From a virus (Duplodnaviria; Caudoviricetes): DNA of 33,413 bases. The stretch spans positions 1 to 33,413 of the IMG/VR virus record IMGVR_UViG_3300030330_004845; one strand, 5' to 3'. This document shows, piece after piece, positions 1 through 8,738 of the stretch. The position numbers were made by a program, and so were the translations under genes. How positions within the stretch are numbered: position 1 is the first letter of the stretch; each line of letters opens with the position of its first letter. The notes below the pieces were generated by a model. The model ran no database searches. It saw only the letters and a program-made list of their open reading frames with translations, and was not told where the DNA came from.

Positions 1-41
1 CGGAGATTGAGGAACTCATCGACCTCATCGACCAACGGTGA
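1..41 (+). CDS. 3' end of an upstream gene (partial, ...EIEELIDLIDQR*)
   Basis: Frame from position 3 has the same codon usage as the real genes (ctc atc gac) and ends at TGA 39-41, just before an AT-rich intergenic region. Confidence 0.6.
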   Translation, partial: EIEELIDLIDQR

Positions 42-69
42 AACCCTCGATTGACGCGCCTCACCTTCG

Positions 70-180
70 GTTCTCGATATTTTACTTCTCGTATGATAAA
101 AAGAATTTACTTTCTTCTTCTAAGAAAGAAAGAAGAATCTTGAAAAAACAGGGGGTGGGGATTCCCGTCCTTTATAACCT
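70..180 (+). promoter_or_regulatory. AT-rich intergenic control region with pyrimidine tract, inverted repeat and TATA-like box
   Basis: Most AT-rich stretch of the window. TTCTTCT (112-118) and AGAAGAA (131-137) form an inverted repeat. G-run at 151-160. TTTATAA at 171-177 lies about 30-40 nt before ATG 209/218. Confidence 0.6.
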
Positions 181-208
181 CCCGCTGAATACGCCAGAGT
201 TCTCGGAG

Positions 209-1096
209 ATGAGCAACATGCATTTCAGACCAACCAAACCAAACCAATTCATCGGCAACGATGACCCCGAAAGCCCCCTCTTCTACCTCGACGAGTGGGA
301 GCGTGATAGCCCCCAATGCCTCCTGTTCTCAGGAGCACCCGGACTGGGGAAGACCACAGCCGCCTACATCATCGCGGACTACCTCGGCCTCAAGGTCGAA
401 GAGTTCAACGCGTCAGATGAGCGCGGCATCGACGTCGTGCGCAACCGCATCAAGCAGGTCGCCATGACCGCGTCACCGTGGGAAACGGTGATGATTCTGC
501 TCGACGAGGCCGAGGGCCTGACCAAGCAAGCACAGGACGCCCTGAAGCGCACGATGGAAGTGTCGAAGGTGTGGTGGATTCTCACCTGCAACGACGACTC
601 CGCCATTATCCCAGCCATCAAGTCGCGCTGTGTCCACTTCAGATTCAAGCCCTACACGGCAAAACAAACTCGCGCGTATGCGGAACTATTGCTTACAGAG
701 ACTGGCGCAATTTGCTCCGACGACCCCGACGCACTCCATTCTCACTTCGCCGGTGACCTTCGCGCTATCGGCAATCACATCTTGAGCGGGCGAACGCTCG
801 CACAGAATCAGACGAACTTCGACAGCATCGCGCTCGACGTGGCTGCGGGAGAGTGGGAGTCCGTCCACAGGAAGATGCTTCAGATGGTCGATGATGGGTT
901 CTCCCTTCACCGGCTGATGCAGCGCATCCACGAACACGTCCGTTCGGTCGGTTTGGAAGCCGAACAATTATATGCCTTCTTCGTCGTATGGGGAGATTTC
1001 GTGCTGAGAATGCACACATGGCCTCTCGGAGTGTCCGCCTTTGTGGACTACTTCGTGGCTGCCCTGTATCGCGAAGACAACACCAAGGAGGAATGA
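209..1096 (+). CDS. rfcS: Replication factor C (clamp loader), small-subunit type AAA+ ATPase
   Basis: HFRP (KYRP-like), Walker A GAPGLGKTT, EFNASDERGIDVVR, Walker B LLDEAE, QDALKR and SRC motif. Start moved from 38 to ATG 209 (or 218) because the extension runs through the AT-rich non-coding region. Confidence 0.93.
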   Translation: MSNMHFRPTKPNQFIGNDDPESPLFYLDEWERDSPQCLLFSGAPGLGKTTAAYIIADYLGLKVEEFNASDERGIDVVRNRIKQVAMTASPWETVMILLDEAEGLTKQAQDALKRTMEVSKVWWILTCNDDSAIIPAIKSRCVHFRFKPYTAKQTRAYAELLLTETGAICSDDPDALHSHFAGDLRAIGNHILSGRTLAQNQTNFDSIALDVAAGEWESVHRKMLQMVDDGFSLHRLMQRIHEHVRSVGLEAEQLYAFFVVWGDFVLRMHTWPLGVSAFVDYFVAALYREDNTKEE

Positions 1097-1099
1097 ACA

Positions 1100-2410
1100 A
1101 TGCCCAACCTGAACAACAACGAAACCAACACGAACAGCAGCCTGCACCCCGAGGTCGAAGAGCGCCTCAAGTGGTGGGCTGAGAAGAACGCCAAGACGAT
1201 GGACGAGGCCACGTCAGCCTTCGGCACCTACCTGATGACCGAACTCGGCGTCGCGTCCCCCAACGACGAAGACGACGACTTCCTCATCGACGCTGCTGAA
1301 ACCTTCGTGGTCGAGCGCCGTGTGATGAGCGGTGGCGGACGCGACGAAACCCCACTCGTGGGATACTTCGTCGGCATCGACCCCAAGGTCCGTGACGGCC
1401 AAGAACGGAAGCGCGCCCCTGCGGTCAGCGCAGCCATCGACAACCTCGACGCCGCGATTCAGAACGGCCTCGTCGCTCGCGCCTACACCGAAAACGGTGT
1501 GTGGATGCTTGAGAAGAAGGACGGCCCTATCGCCACCGAGGAGAGCGCGGATTCCAAGCCGTGGTTCCTCTTCGATGAGCACGGCCTTTCCGTCGCCATC
1601 CTGCAGAACAACCCCGAGTGGGCGCGCTTCGGTGAACCCATCACCCCCTACCGTTGGCAGCGCACCTACTACTTCCTCGGCAACGAGAAGAACAACTTCA
1701 TGGACGAACAGCGCGTCCTGCGCCTGACCGTCACGAGCAAGGACAAGGACGACTGGTTCGTCCCACAGATGTTCGCCGAGTGCACGGTGAAGGTCCGTCC
1801 TCAGCGCGACAACGTCAAGCCGGAGTGGGCTGACTCCTACAACGCCTACCCTCTCCCCGGCGCGCTCAACTACGGAGCCGACTTCGTGGACGAAGAGGTG
1901 CGCGGCGCCATCAAGCCCGACCGCCTCATCCCCGGACTCGACGCCTACGTCAAGGACCTCACCACCTTGCCCGAGGTGTTTGAAACCAAGCAGACGCACG
2001 TCAACGGTTACAACCCCGTCGGCCCTCTCGTCTTCATCCGCGGCAAGGTCAGCGACATGCGCAAGGAAGCGCGTGACTCAGAGTGGGACCCCGTCGGTCA
2101 CGACTACAGCATGAGCGTGTCGTCCTTCGACCTGCTTCGCGCCTTCAGCGGTGGTCGCCGACAGAACCTGCCCTGCTACGTCCACGGTGCTCTCGGTGAC
2201 CACGGTCACCCCTTCGACTACTCGACGGAGGAGGGGTGGAAGCCCTACGCCGTGAAGTCCACGGTCATCGTCTTTGGACGCCTCAGCGTCCGCGTCACCG
2301 ACGACGGCCCGCAGCCCGCCATCAAGACCTTCGGTGTTTTCGCCGTGCCCCGCCTCGCCATCCCGGCAGGCGAAGGCGGCGACACCTCGGTCAGCCAATA
2401 CGGAGAGTGA
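1100..2410 (+). CDS. Probable single-stranded DNA-binding (RPA/OB-fold-like) protein
   Basis: 436 aa with very strong codon bias and SD AAGGAGGA at 1085-1092. Aromatic beta-rich segments resemble OB folds (LVFIRGKVSDM, STVIVFGRL). It lies between RFC and a recombinase-like ATPase. Function is inferred from context. Confidence 0.55.
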   Translation: MPNLNNNETNTNSSLHPEVEERLKWWAEKNAKTMDEATSAFGTYLMTELGVASPNDEDDDFLIDAAETFVVERRVMSGGGRDETPLVGYFVGIDPKVRDGQERKRAPAVSAAIDNLDAAIQNGLVARAYTENGVWMLEKKDGPIATEESADSKPWFLFDEHGLSVAILQNNPEWARFGEPITPYRWQRTYYFLGNEKNNFMDEQRVLRLTVTSKDKDDWFVPQMFAECTVKVRPQRDNVKPEWADSYNAYPLPGALNYGADFVDEEVRGAIKPDRLIPGLDAYVKDLTTLPEVFETKQTHVNGYNPVGPLVFIRGKVSDMRKEARDSEWDPVGHDYSMSVSSFDLLRAFSGGRRQNLPCYVHGALGDHGHPFDYSTEEGWKPYAVKSTVIVFGRLSVRVTDDGPQPAIKTFGVFAVPRLAIPAGEGGDTSVSQYGE

Positions 2411-2415
2411 ACTGA

Positions 2416-3402
2416 ATGCCCAACCTGAACGACCTGAAACAGCAAGCCCAACAGACGACCGCGCAACCTACGTTTGACCCTGAAACCGGAGGGGTCGCCG
2501 AAACCGCACCCCCCGCCAAGCCCATCGCATTGGGCGTGTGGGATGAGATTGAGGCCGCGGCTGACCATCAGCCCGACTCTCTCATCTTCATGGGACTCGT
2601 CGGTCCCGAAGGTGTCGGCAAGACCGGCATCGTCCTCGACAGCATGACCGACGAAGAGAAGGCGCGCGGCGATGTCGTGTTCGTCCTCGACTTCGACGGT
2701 GGCGGACAGACCACCCGCATGACTCACCATCGCGCGCATGCGAAGAACATTCGATGTCTCAACCCCAACGTGATGTTCCAAAAGGAAGGCGAGGGTCGCG
2801 AGGCCATCGACTACCCTGCAACGCATCGTCGCGTCATGAAGATTGGCGAAACGCTCGTGGAGTGGGCAGCGAACCCCGGCGACCGACCTCGGCTCCACTC
2901 GGTGCTCATCACCGCAATCGACCTGTGGGACAACGTCGCCAAGAACTGCATGTTCATCGAAGACCTCGGCACCGCCCCTGACGGGATTGGCGCCAAGGTC
3001 AAGCCTCACGAGCAAGTGGGCATGCGCTTCAACTGGCAGATTCGCACTACGCGATTCCACCAACTGACCACCATCGCGCGCACCCTGATGCAACTCGGCG
3101 TCCGCGTCTACTACGAAACGCACTTCTCCGACCTGCAGGACAAGACCGGTGCAGTCATCGGGAAGAAGGCGGCGTGGGAGAAGCACACCCCGAACTACCT
3201 CAACCAAGTGCTCTACTTCCACAAGAGCAAGGTGCGTGGCGATGACGGGAACCCGACGGGTGAGACGCGCTACGAGGTGGAGTTCGTCAAGAGCAAGACC
3301 AACCCGGAACTGCTCGACCAACGACGCACCATCATGGTGACCAAGCAAGACCAGTCGCCTGAGTGGTTCGGCCTGCCTGAACTGAGGGAGGGCGGCGTTT
3401 GA
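2416..3402 (+). CDS. RecA-superfamily ATPase (RadA/Sak4/AAA_24-like recombinase)
   Basis: Walker A GPEGVGKT, VFVLDFDGG strand, degenerate Walker B VLITAID, YYETH strand; adjacent to the SSB-like gene. Confidence 0.75.
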   Translation: MPNLNDLKQQAQQTTAQPTFDPETGGVAETAPPAKPIALGVWDEIEAAADHQPDSLIFMGLVGPEGVGKTGIVLDSMTDEEKARGDVVFVLDFDGGGQTTRMTHHRAHAKNIRCLNPNVMFQKEGEGREAIDYPATHRRVMKIGETLVEWAANPGDRPRLHSVLITAIDLWDNVAKNCMFIEDLGTAPDGIGAKVKPHEQVGMRFNWQIRTTRFHQLTTIARTLMQLGVRVYYETHFSDLQDKTGAVIGKKAAWEKHTPNYLNQVLYFHKSKVRGDDGNPTGETRYEVEFVKSKTNPELLDQRRTIMVTKQDQSPEWFGLPELREGGV

Positions 3403-3764
3403 CTGAATGGCCGAAGACGGGCACCCCCGCCCACAACAACGCGCGAATCAGGAGCGAGGAAGACATCCCTCAACCAAACCCCGAGTGCCTGATGTGTGGA
3501 GGAAGCGGCATGCTCTACGAGCAGCGGTGGGACCCCCATCAGGAAATCATGGTGACGGAGATGGATGCATGCCCGTGCGTCTTCAAAGAGTGGAAGCCCG
3601 TCCCTGACCCAACCTGCAGCCAATGCAACGGGACCGGAGCGGTGCAAGAGCGGTTGGCCGTCAGGAAGATGGGCGTCGTGGAGGAAGCCATCTTCTACCA
3701 CGACTGCGTCTGCATGCGATACGTCGAAATCAGGAGAGGAGAGGATGATGCACATCAAGGGTGA
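3399..3764 (+). CDS. Tandem zinc-finger protein (2 x CxxCxGxG...CxC)
   Basis: CLMCGGSG...CPC and CSQCNGTG...CVC. TTG start overlaps the upstream stop (TTGA), with GGAGGG upstream. Confidence 0.75.
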   Translation: MTEWPKTGTPAHNNARIRSEEDIPQPNPECLMCGGSGMLYEQRWDPHQEIMVTEMDACPCVFKEWKPVPDPTCSQCNGTGAVQERLAVRKMGVVEEAIFYHDCVCMRYVEIRRGEDDAHQG

Positions 3765-3888
3765 GAACCGAAAGCGACTTTGTGGCTCGACCGGCAACTA
3801 CGAACCCGTCGGGTCCGACAACGAATTGCCTCTCTGCGAGAAGTGCGCGCAAATCTACCTTACTACCCACGGGGAGGCGTTCCGATGA
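3745..3888 (+). CDS. Small zinc-finger protein (H...LCG...CxxC), 47 aa
   Basis: MMHIKGENRKRLCGSTG...LCEKC. Strong SD GGAGAGGAGAGG immediately upstream; stop overlaps the next ATG (ATGA). Confidence 0.7.
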   Translation: MMHIKGENRKRLCGSTGNYEPVGSDNELPLCEKCAQIYLTTHGEAFR

Positions 3889-4643
3889 TGGCGCAGGCTG
3901 TCGTCCGAACCGACGCTCTTCTTGCGCTCATCACCGGTTTCGGCGAGAACGTGCTTGACCTGCGTCTCACCGTCAAGGACAACAAACTGAGCGGCGCCGT
4001 GGGCATGACGACCCACTTCTGCAGCAAGGGCATGGCGGTCATCGTGGCCGAAGACACGCCCTATCATGCAGGGGACATTCTCGTTCCCGACGTCGCCAAG
4101 GCTGCAGCCTTCCTCAAGGCGAGCAAGGAGAAGACCACGTCACTCCGCCACGTCGGCAACGTCCTGACCCTCAGGAGCGGGAGCAACGAGTTCAGCACCC
4201 CAAGTCACAACAACGTCCTGTCTCATCAAAGCGTAGGTCGCGCGCAATTGGCTTTGGCCGAGGCGCAGTCCAACAACTGGACGAAACTCGGACGCGCGAA
4301 TCTGGAAGTTCATGGTGTTCTGAACATGGGCGACCTGCACGGTTTGGCGACCATGTCGAAGGTGACCGGCAAGGACAGTCCGGTTCGCATCCGCATCGAA
4401 GACGGAGAGATGGTCATCACGGCAGGCAACGAGCGTGGTGCTCGGATGAGCCGAACCATCGACGTCGACGTCAAGGACGGCGACATGGCGGAGACGGTCT
4501 TCGGCGGTCACCTGCCGCGCCTCCTCCACGCCATGCCGAGCGGTGACGTTCTGTTCCACATGGGCAACCGGAGCGCACTCGTGCTTCGCCACGGTGAACA
4601 GGACGCGATGCTTGTGCTGATGCATCAGGAGGGAGTCCGGTGA
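3885..4643 (+). CDS. Probable DNA polymerase sliding clamp (PCNA-like)
   Basis: About 252 aa with a two-domain alpha/beta pattern (helix, VLDLRLTVKDNKL; later VRIRIEDGEMVITA, FGGHLPRLL, C-terminal strands). Immediately upstream of PolB in a block that encodes RFC. SD GGGGAGG before ATG 3885/3888. Confidence 0.7.
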   Translation: MMAQAVVRTDALLALITGFGENVLDLRLTVKDNKLSGAVGMTTHFCSKGMAVIVAEDTPYHAGDILVPDVAKAAAFLKASKEKTTSLRHVGNVLTLRSGSNEFSTPSHNNVLSHQSVGRAQLALAEAQSNNWTKLGRANLEVHGVLNMGDLHGLATMSKVTGKDSPVRIRIEDGEMVITAGNERGARMSRTIDVDVKDGDMAETVFGGHLPRLLHAMPSGDVLFHMGNRSALVLRHGEQDAMLVLMHQEGVR

Positions 4644-6997
4644 TTGCGGACGCCATCTACCACAACGGAGAAGCGCCGACCATCTACACACGGTGGCGCG
4701 ACGAAAAGCGCGAACTGCATGAGAAGCGCGTCTCCTACCGACCTCACTTCTACGTCCCTGCGGGGACGACCGAGTCCCGCCTCGACAAGATGCTGAACGT
4801 CTTCGCAGCCGAAGAGCCGTCCATCGACAAGAGGACGATTCACAAGGGCGTCGATGGAGCCAACCTTTGGCGCATCGAATGCGACAACCCCTACGCCATC
4901 AAACCGATGCGCGAGTCCTTGGGCGTCAGGACCTACGAGGGTGACGTGTCCGTCATCGACCAATACCTCATCGAGAATGTGCCCAAGATGCCTGAGTGGA
5001 AGCCGCGCAAGTGGTGGTATGATATTGAGTGCAACACCGGGGACGACAAGTTCACCACGGTCATCGCCGTCATCGACTCAGACCTCCCTCTTCCCCGCGT
5101 TTTCGCATGGGCTGACGAGCAGACCAATTGCCCCTACGGCGAGTTCGACAACGGCGCCCTCTACACGAGAGAAGTGCGCGGCGAAGAATACATCTTGACC
5201 CTCTACCGTTCCGAGAAGAAACTCTACGACGGATTCATCGAGTTCCTCAACGAACGCAACCCCGACATGATGATTGCCCACGCAGGCACCTTCTTCGACA
5301 TTCCTCACATGGCCGAACGCCTCGACAAAATCCACGGCTACGGCGGCTCGGGCAAACTCAGTCCTGTCGGAATCTACAACGCCCCGCGTGCAGGGAAGCG
5401 CATGTTTCCTGACGCGCAACCCATCGTGGGTCGTTGGCAGTTCGACACAGCCGCGCCTGAAAGCAGCGGCACCGGCTTTGAGCGGGTGTGGAAGGACAGC
5501 GGCGGTGGGCAGTTGCCCGACCGCAAACTCAACACCATCGCTGAAACACTCGGCCTCGGCTCCAAGTTGACTGAAGAGATTGAGGGCATGACCGTCCACA
5601 ACGGTTGGTATGAATACTGGTCCGAGTTCGTTGACTACTGTCTCCTCGACACCGTGCTGCTGCGCGGCATCGACGAGGCACGCAACGTCACAGACTTCTT
5701 CGTCGAAATGGTGCGTCTGACCGGTGTTTCTCTCAAGTCGGTGAGCAACGTCAGCAACTTTGCGCGAGGCCTGATTTCCCGAAGGACGGACATGAAGGCA
5801 CCGACGCGCTACCAGTCGAATCACGACAGCCTGAAGGGTGCTGAGTTCATCAGGAAGGAGAATGGCCTCTACGAAGGTGTGGCCGTCGTGGACTATAAGG
5901 GCCTATACCCATCGCTGATGAGCGGCTATAACCTCTCATGGGAAACTAAGCGACACGGACCCGGCGAAGGCATCATCGAGATGGAAAACGGGACCTTTTG
6001 GGACCAAACCGAACGGGGTATCCTCCCGCAGATTGTCGACTACCTCTTCGACTACCGCGCTATCTGCAAGCAAAAGATGCGCGACGCTGAAACCAAGGAG
6101 GTGCGTGCAGCATGGAACACGACTCAGTCGGCAGTCAAGCGCGTGATGGCGAGTCTGTATGGGATGACCGCGCACGTCGGCTACGGTTGGTCAGAACTCG
6201 ACGTTGCTGAAACCATCCTGTCCGAAGGCCGTCGCTGCATCGCCTTGCTCGACAGCGTCGCCACCAACATGGGCTACAACGTCCTCTACGGTTTCACCGA
6301 CTCGGCATTCATCCAAGTGCCGTTCGATGAGGCAAAGAACCTCGCGCTCCGCATCACGGAGCGTGTCCAAGAGGTGACGGGCAACGAGATGCTCATCGCC
6401 GAACTGGAAGCCTACATGCCCTACTGGCTCCTCGCCGGGAAGAACATGTATGCGGGCAAAGTGTCCTACCCTCCTGAAGACGAAGGGAAGATGAAGACCG
6501 CCCGCTTCGGAAAAGGGAGCGATGAGGCCCCCATCAGCCGTGGTATTCAGCGAGACGTGCTCGACCTCATCTGCAGCGGAGCACCCGAGGCAGATGTGCG
6601 CGCAGCAGTTCTTGACGTGGCGATGCCCATTCGCAACGGTGAGGTGGACTTGAAGCAAGTGACCAAGTCTACTCGTCTCAGCAAGCCGGTGGAGCAATAC
6701 AACGTCCTCTCCGGTGCGTCTAAGGCTGCGCACTACTACAACACCCACATCAATCCTGACGAGCCGCTCGGTGCCGACGACTCCGTCAAATGGACCTATG
6801 TCTCGGCTGTGCCGCTCGGCAAGCCTCAGACAGCAATCATCGCCTACCGCGACCCCTCCGAGGTCGAAGGCTTTGAACTCGACATCAAGACCATCGTGGA
6901 AAAGAACATCCACAAGAAGGTCAAAACCATCTTCGACGTCATGGGTTGGGACGTCGATGCTGCAATCGGAACCCCACGACCCGCACAATACTGGTGA
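4640..6997 (+). CDS. polB: Family B DNA polymerase with 3'-5' exonuclease domain
   Basis: ExoI YDIE, ExoII FFDIP, ExoIII YCLLD; motif A DYKGLYPS, motif B KRVMASLYG, motif C YGFTDS, and KNMY. No intein evident (785 aa). Confidence 0.96.
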   Translation: MIADAIYHNGEAPTIYTRWRDEKRELHEKRVSYRPHFYVPAGTTESRLDKMLNVFAAEEPSIDKRTIHKGVDGANLWRIECDNPYAIKPMRESLGVRTYEGDVSVIDQYLIENVPKMPEWKPRKWWYDIECNTGDDKFTTVIAVIDSDLPLPRVFAWADEQTNCPYGEFDNGALYTREVRGEEYILTLYRSEKKLYDGFIEFLNERNPDMMIAHAGTFFDIPHMAERLDKIHGYGGSGKLSPVGIYNAPRAGKRMFPDAQPIVGRWQFDTAAPESSGTGFERVWKDSGGGQLPDRKLNTIAETLGLGSKLTEEIEGMTVHNGWYEYWSEFVDYCLLDTVLLRGIDEARNVTDFFVEMVRLTGVSLKSVSNVSNFARGLISRRTDMKAPTRYQSNHDSLKGAEFIRKENGLYEGVAVVDYKGLYPSLMSGYNLSWETKRHGPGEGIIEMENGTFWDQTERGILPQIVDYLFDYRAICKQKMRDAETKEVRAAWNTTQSAVKRVMASLYGMTAHVGYGWSELDVAETILSEGRRCIALLDSVATNMGYNVLYGFTDSAFIQVPFDEAKNLALRITERVQEVTGNEMLIAELEAYMPYWLLAGKNMYAGKVSYPPEDEGKMKTARFGKGSDEAPISRGIQRDVLDLICSGAPEADVRAAVLDVAMPIRNGEVDLKQVTKSTRLSKPVEQYNVLSGASKAAHYYNTHINPDEPLGADDSVKWTYVSAVPLGKPQTAIIAYRDPSEVEGFELDIKTIVEKNIHKKVKTIFDVMGWDVDAAIGTPRPAQYW

Positions 6998-7212
6998 TGA
7001 ACATGAAGAACCAAGAACTGAACGAACGGATTGACCAACTGACTGCGCGCGTCGACATGCTGACGCGACTCGTAGATGAGATGGCTGAAGAACACAACGA
7101 ACTGACCCGGCTGCGTAAAGCCGTGGGTGAGATGCAACAACTGCTACAGAAGGACGGCAAGTGGTTCGTCCACGACGTCAACGTGTCTCCTGAGAAGGGG
7201 GTGCAATACTGA
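6997..7212 (+). CDS. Small coiled-coil protein
   Basis: Heptad pattern LNERIDQLTARVDMLTRLVDEM. ATG 6997 overlaps the polB stop (TGATG); alternative start is ATG 7003 with GGTGA as SD. Confidence 0.75.
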   Translation: MNMKNQELNERIDQLTARVDMLTRLVDEMAEEHNELTRLRKAVGEMQQLLQKDGKWFVHDVNVSPEKGVQY

Positions 7213-7232
7213 ACCCCTCATGCGATTGCGAC

Positions 7233-7541
7233 GTGAGCGGTTACACGCTCAAATACATCGAGCATGTGAGCGAGCATCAACTCCCTGATTTTGACGCATT
7301 TTCCCCGGCTCTTTTCCACGGAAACCCGCAGGAGATTGTGGACAGACTCAACGACCCCGCGAACATGCCCGAAGAAGAGGTGACTCATTACTTCGTGGAG
7401 CGCGAGGCAGTCTTTGTCTGCGAAGGATGCGACAAGCAAGTCCCTTTGACGGAAGACGACATCGGCTTGTTGGTTTCTATCCTCGGGGATTACTTGGCCG
7501 AGGACCCAAACGCTGAGGAGTGGAAGGGGGAGTCTGAATGA
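7233..7541 (+). CDS. Hypothetical acidic protein with one CxxC
   Basis: 102-aa ORF that fills the gap; stop overlaps the next ATG (ATGA); contains FVCEGC. Confidence 0.65.
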   Translation: MSGYTLKYIEHVSEHQLPDFDAFSPALFHGNPQEIVDRLNDPANMPEEEVTHYFVEREAVFVCEGCDKQVPLTEDDIGLLVSILGDYLAEDPNAEEWKGESE

Positions 7542-7828
7542 AGGTGACCCTTCACTACACCACCCCCGTCCACGGCGAGGAGCATCAAATCGAAGGCGAC
7601 CTCGTCTTTGGTGACGCGCTTCTCAACGAATACATGGGCGTCAGGACCGACGAAGGCGTGCACTTGATTCCCGGTGGATTGGTGTTGCGCATCTTTACGA
7701 CGGAGTTCGACTCCGACCTCTACGAAGTGGACATCGAGAGCGTGCGTGCTTCCAAGCACCTCGCCCTCAAGCGCATCAACGAGGAGCAGCAACGAGAGAA
7801 GCGACCACGGAGTGGTTTTCATGGCTAA
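7538..7828 (+). CDS. Hypothetical protein
   Basis: 96 aa, typical codon usage, GGGGAG SD, overlaps both neighbours. Confidence 0.7.
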   Translation: MKVTLHYTTPVHGEEHQIEGDLVFGDALLNEYMGVRTDEGVHLIPGGLVLRIFTTEFDSDLYEVDIESVRASKHLALKRINEEQQREKRPRSGFHG

Positions 7829-8738
7829 GGTCTACCCGGATGGCTCCTCTTACGCGTGGACGCCCGAGATGGGCGAGGAGGGCATCATCATCCGTATGAG
7901 CAAATCGACGGCAGGGTCCTCTTATTGGTGCGTGCAGCAGATGTGGCTGCAGCAAACCTTCCCCAAAGAGCAGGGACTCGTCAAGCACCTCGTCGTTGGT
8001 GACGACGTGCACAACGGCCTCGACCTGTTTTACCAAGGCTTGCAGGACCACAACGTGGAGAACATCAAGCGCATCATTGGAAACAAAGGAGACGCGACAG
8101 AATACCTGATGAGCCTCGTCCCTACACCGGACATGATTCTGAAGAACAGGCGCGCAGAGAACAAAGATTTCCCCTTCTACCACGACGACTACAGCCGTAA
8201 CATGAAGTGGTTGATGGAATACGAAAACGCGCGCATTCAGATGGACCCTCAGAACGTGCTGCCCGTCGCCAACGAGGTTCGGCTTGAGGTCCGCATGGAC
8301 TTCAACGTCAACGGCCACGGCCTCATCCCTGTGCAATTCGTGGGCATCATCGACCGCATCTTCCGTGCACCCGGTGGTGGCCTGATGCTGTTTGAACTGA
8401 AGACCGGCAAATGGAGCGACTATAAACTGCCCCAAATGCGAGGAGAGATGGCTTACTATCAGTTCCTCATCGAGAACGCTCCTAAGGATTACCTCATCGA
8501 AAAGGGACTTGACGCACCCGTCACCCATTGGGGATGGCGTTACTCCGCTGCGGACACATGGAACATCGAGGAAACGAAAATAGCAAGCCATGCGGCCATG
8601 AAGAAGCGCGTCCACGACCTACTCGTGGCTTATCTGACGCAGAACTTCCCGTTGGCGAATCAGGACTTCAAGTGCTCCTACTGCAACTACATCGAACTGT
8701 GCCCCAAATACGCCATCCAAACGGAGGAAGGGGCGTGA
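7821..8738 (+). CDS. Cas4/AddB-like PD-(D/E)XK exonuclease with probable Fe-S cluster
   Basis: N-terminal SKS...YWC, GDDVH, EVRL, GIIDRI, FELKTGK, EMAYY and C-terminal CSYCNYIELC (1+3 Cys arrangement). Start set at ATG 7821. Confidence 0.88.
   Translation: MAKVYPDGSSYAWTPEMGEEGIIIRMSKSTAGSSYWCVQQMWLQQTFPKEQGLVKHLVVGDDVHNGLDLFYQGLQDHNVENIKRIIGNKGDATEYLMSLVPTPDMILKNRRAENKDFPFYHDDYSRNMKWLMEYENARIQMDPQNVLPVANEVRLEVRMDFNVNGHGLIPVQFVGIIDRIFRAPGGGLMLFELKTGKWSDYKLPQMRGEMAYYQFLIENAPKDYLIEKGLDAPVTHWGWRYSAADTWNIEETKIASHAAMKKRVHDLLVAYLTQNFPLANQDFKCSYCNYIELCPKYAIQTEEGA

Noticed and set aside
38-208. 57-aa N-terminal extension of the RFC ORF
   Set aside because: It runs through the AT-rich, low-complexity regulatory region, and RFC similarity starts only near ATG 209/218.
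1214-3348. Antisense ORFs of 261 and 367 aa (and similar ones opposite polB, Cas4 and the giant gene)
   Set aside because: Codon-bias shadows of real genes, with no SD or domain signal.
6287-6304. Inactivated polymerase suggested by YGFTDS
   Set aside because: The essential Asp residues of motifs A and C and the motif B Lys/Tyr are intact, and the gene is full length in a complete replisome block.
8528-8734. Upstream extensions of the primase ORF (and of ORFs starting at 3780, 7674, 9747, 10013 and 12892)
   Set aside because: They overlap upstream genes extensively; downstream starts with SD or stop-start coupling fit better.
7821-8738. Cas4-like gene as evidence of a CRISPR-Cas system
   Set aside because: No repeat-spacer array or other cas genes were seen; solo Cas4-like nucleases are common in archaeal viruses.
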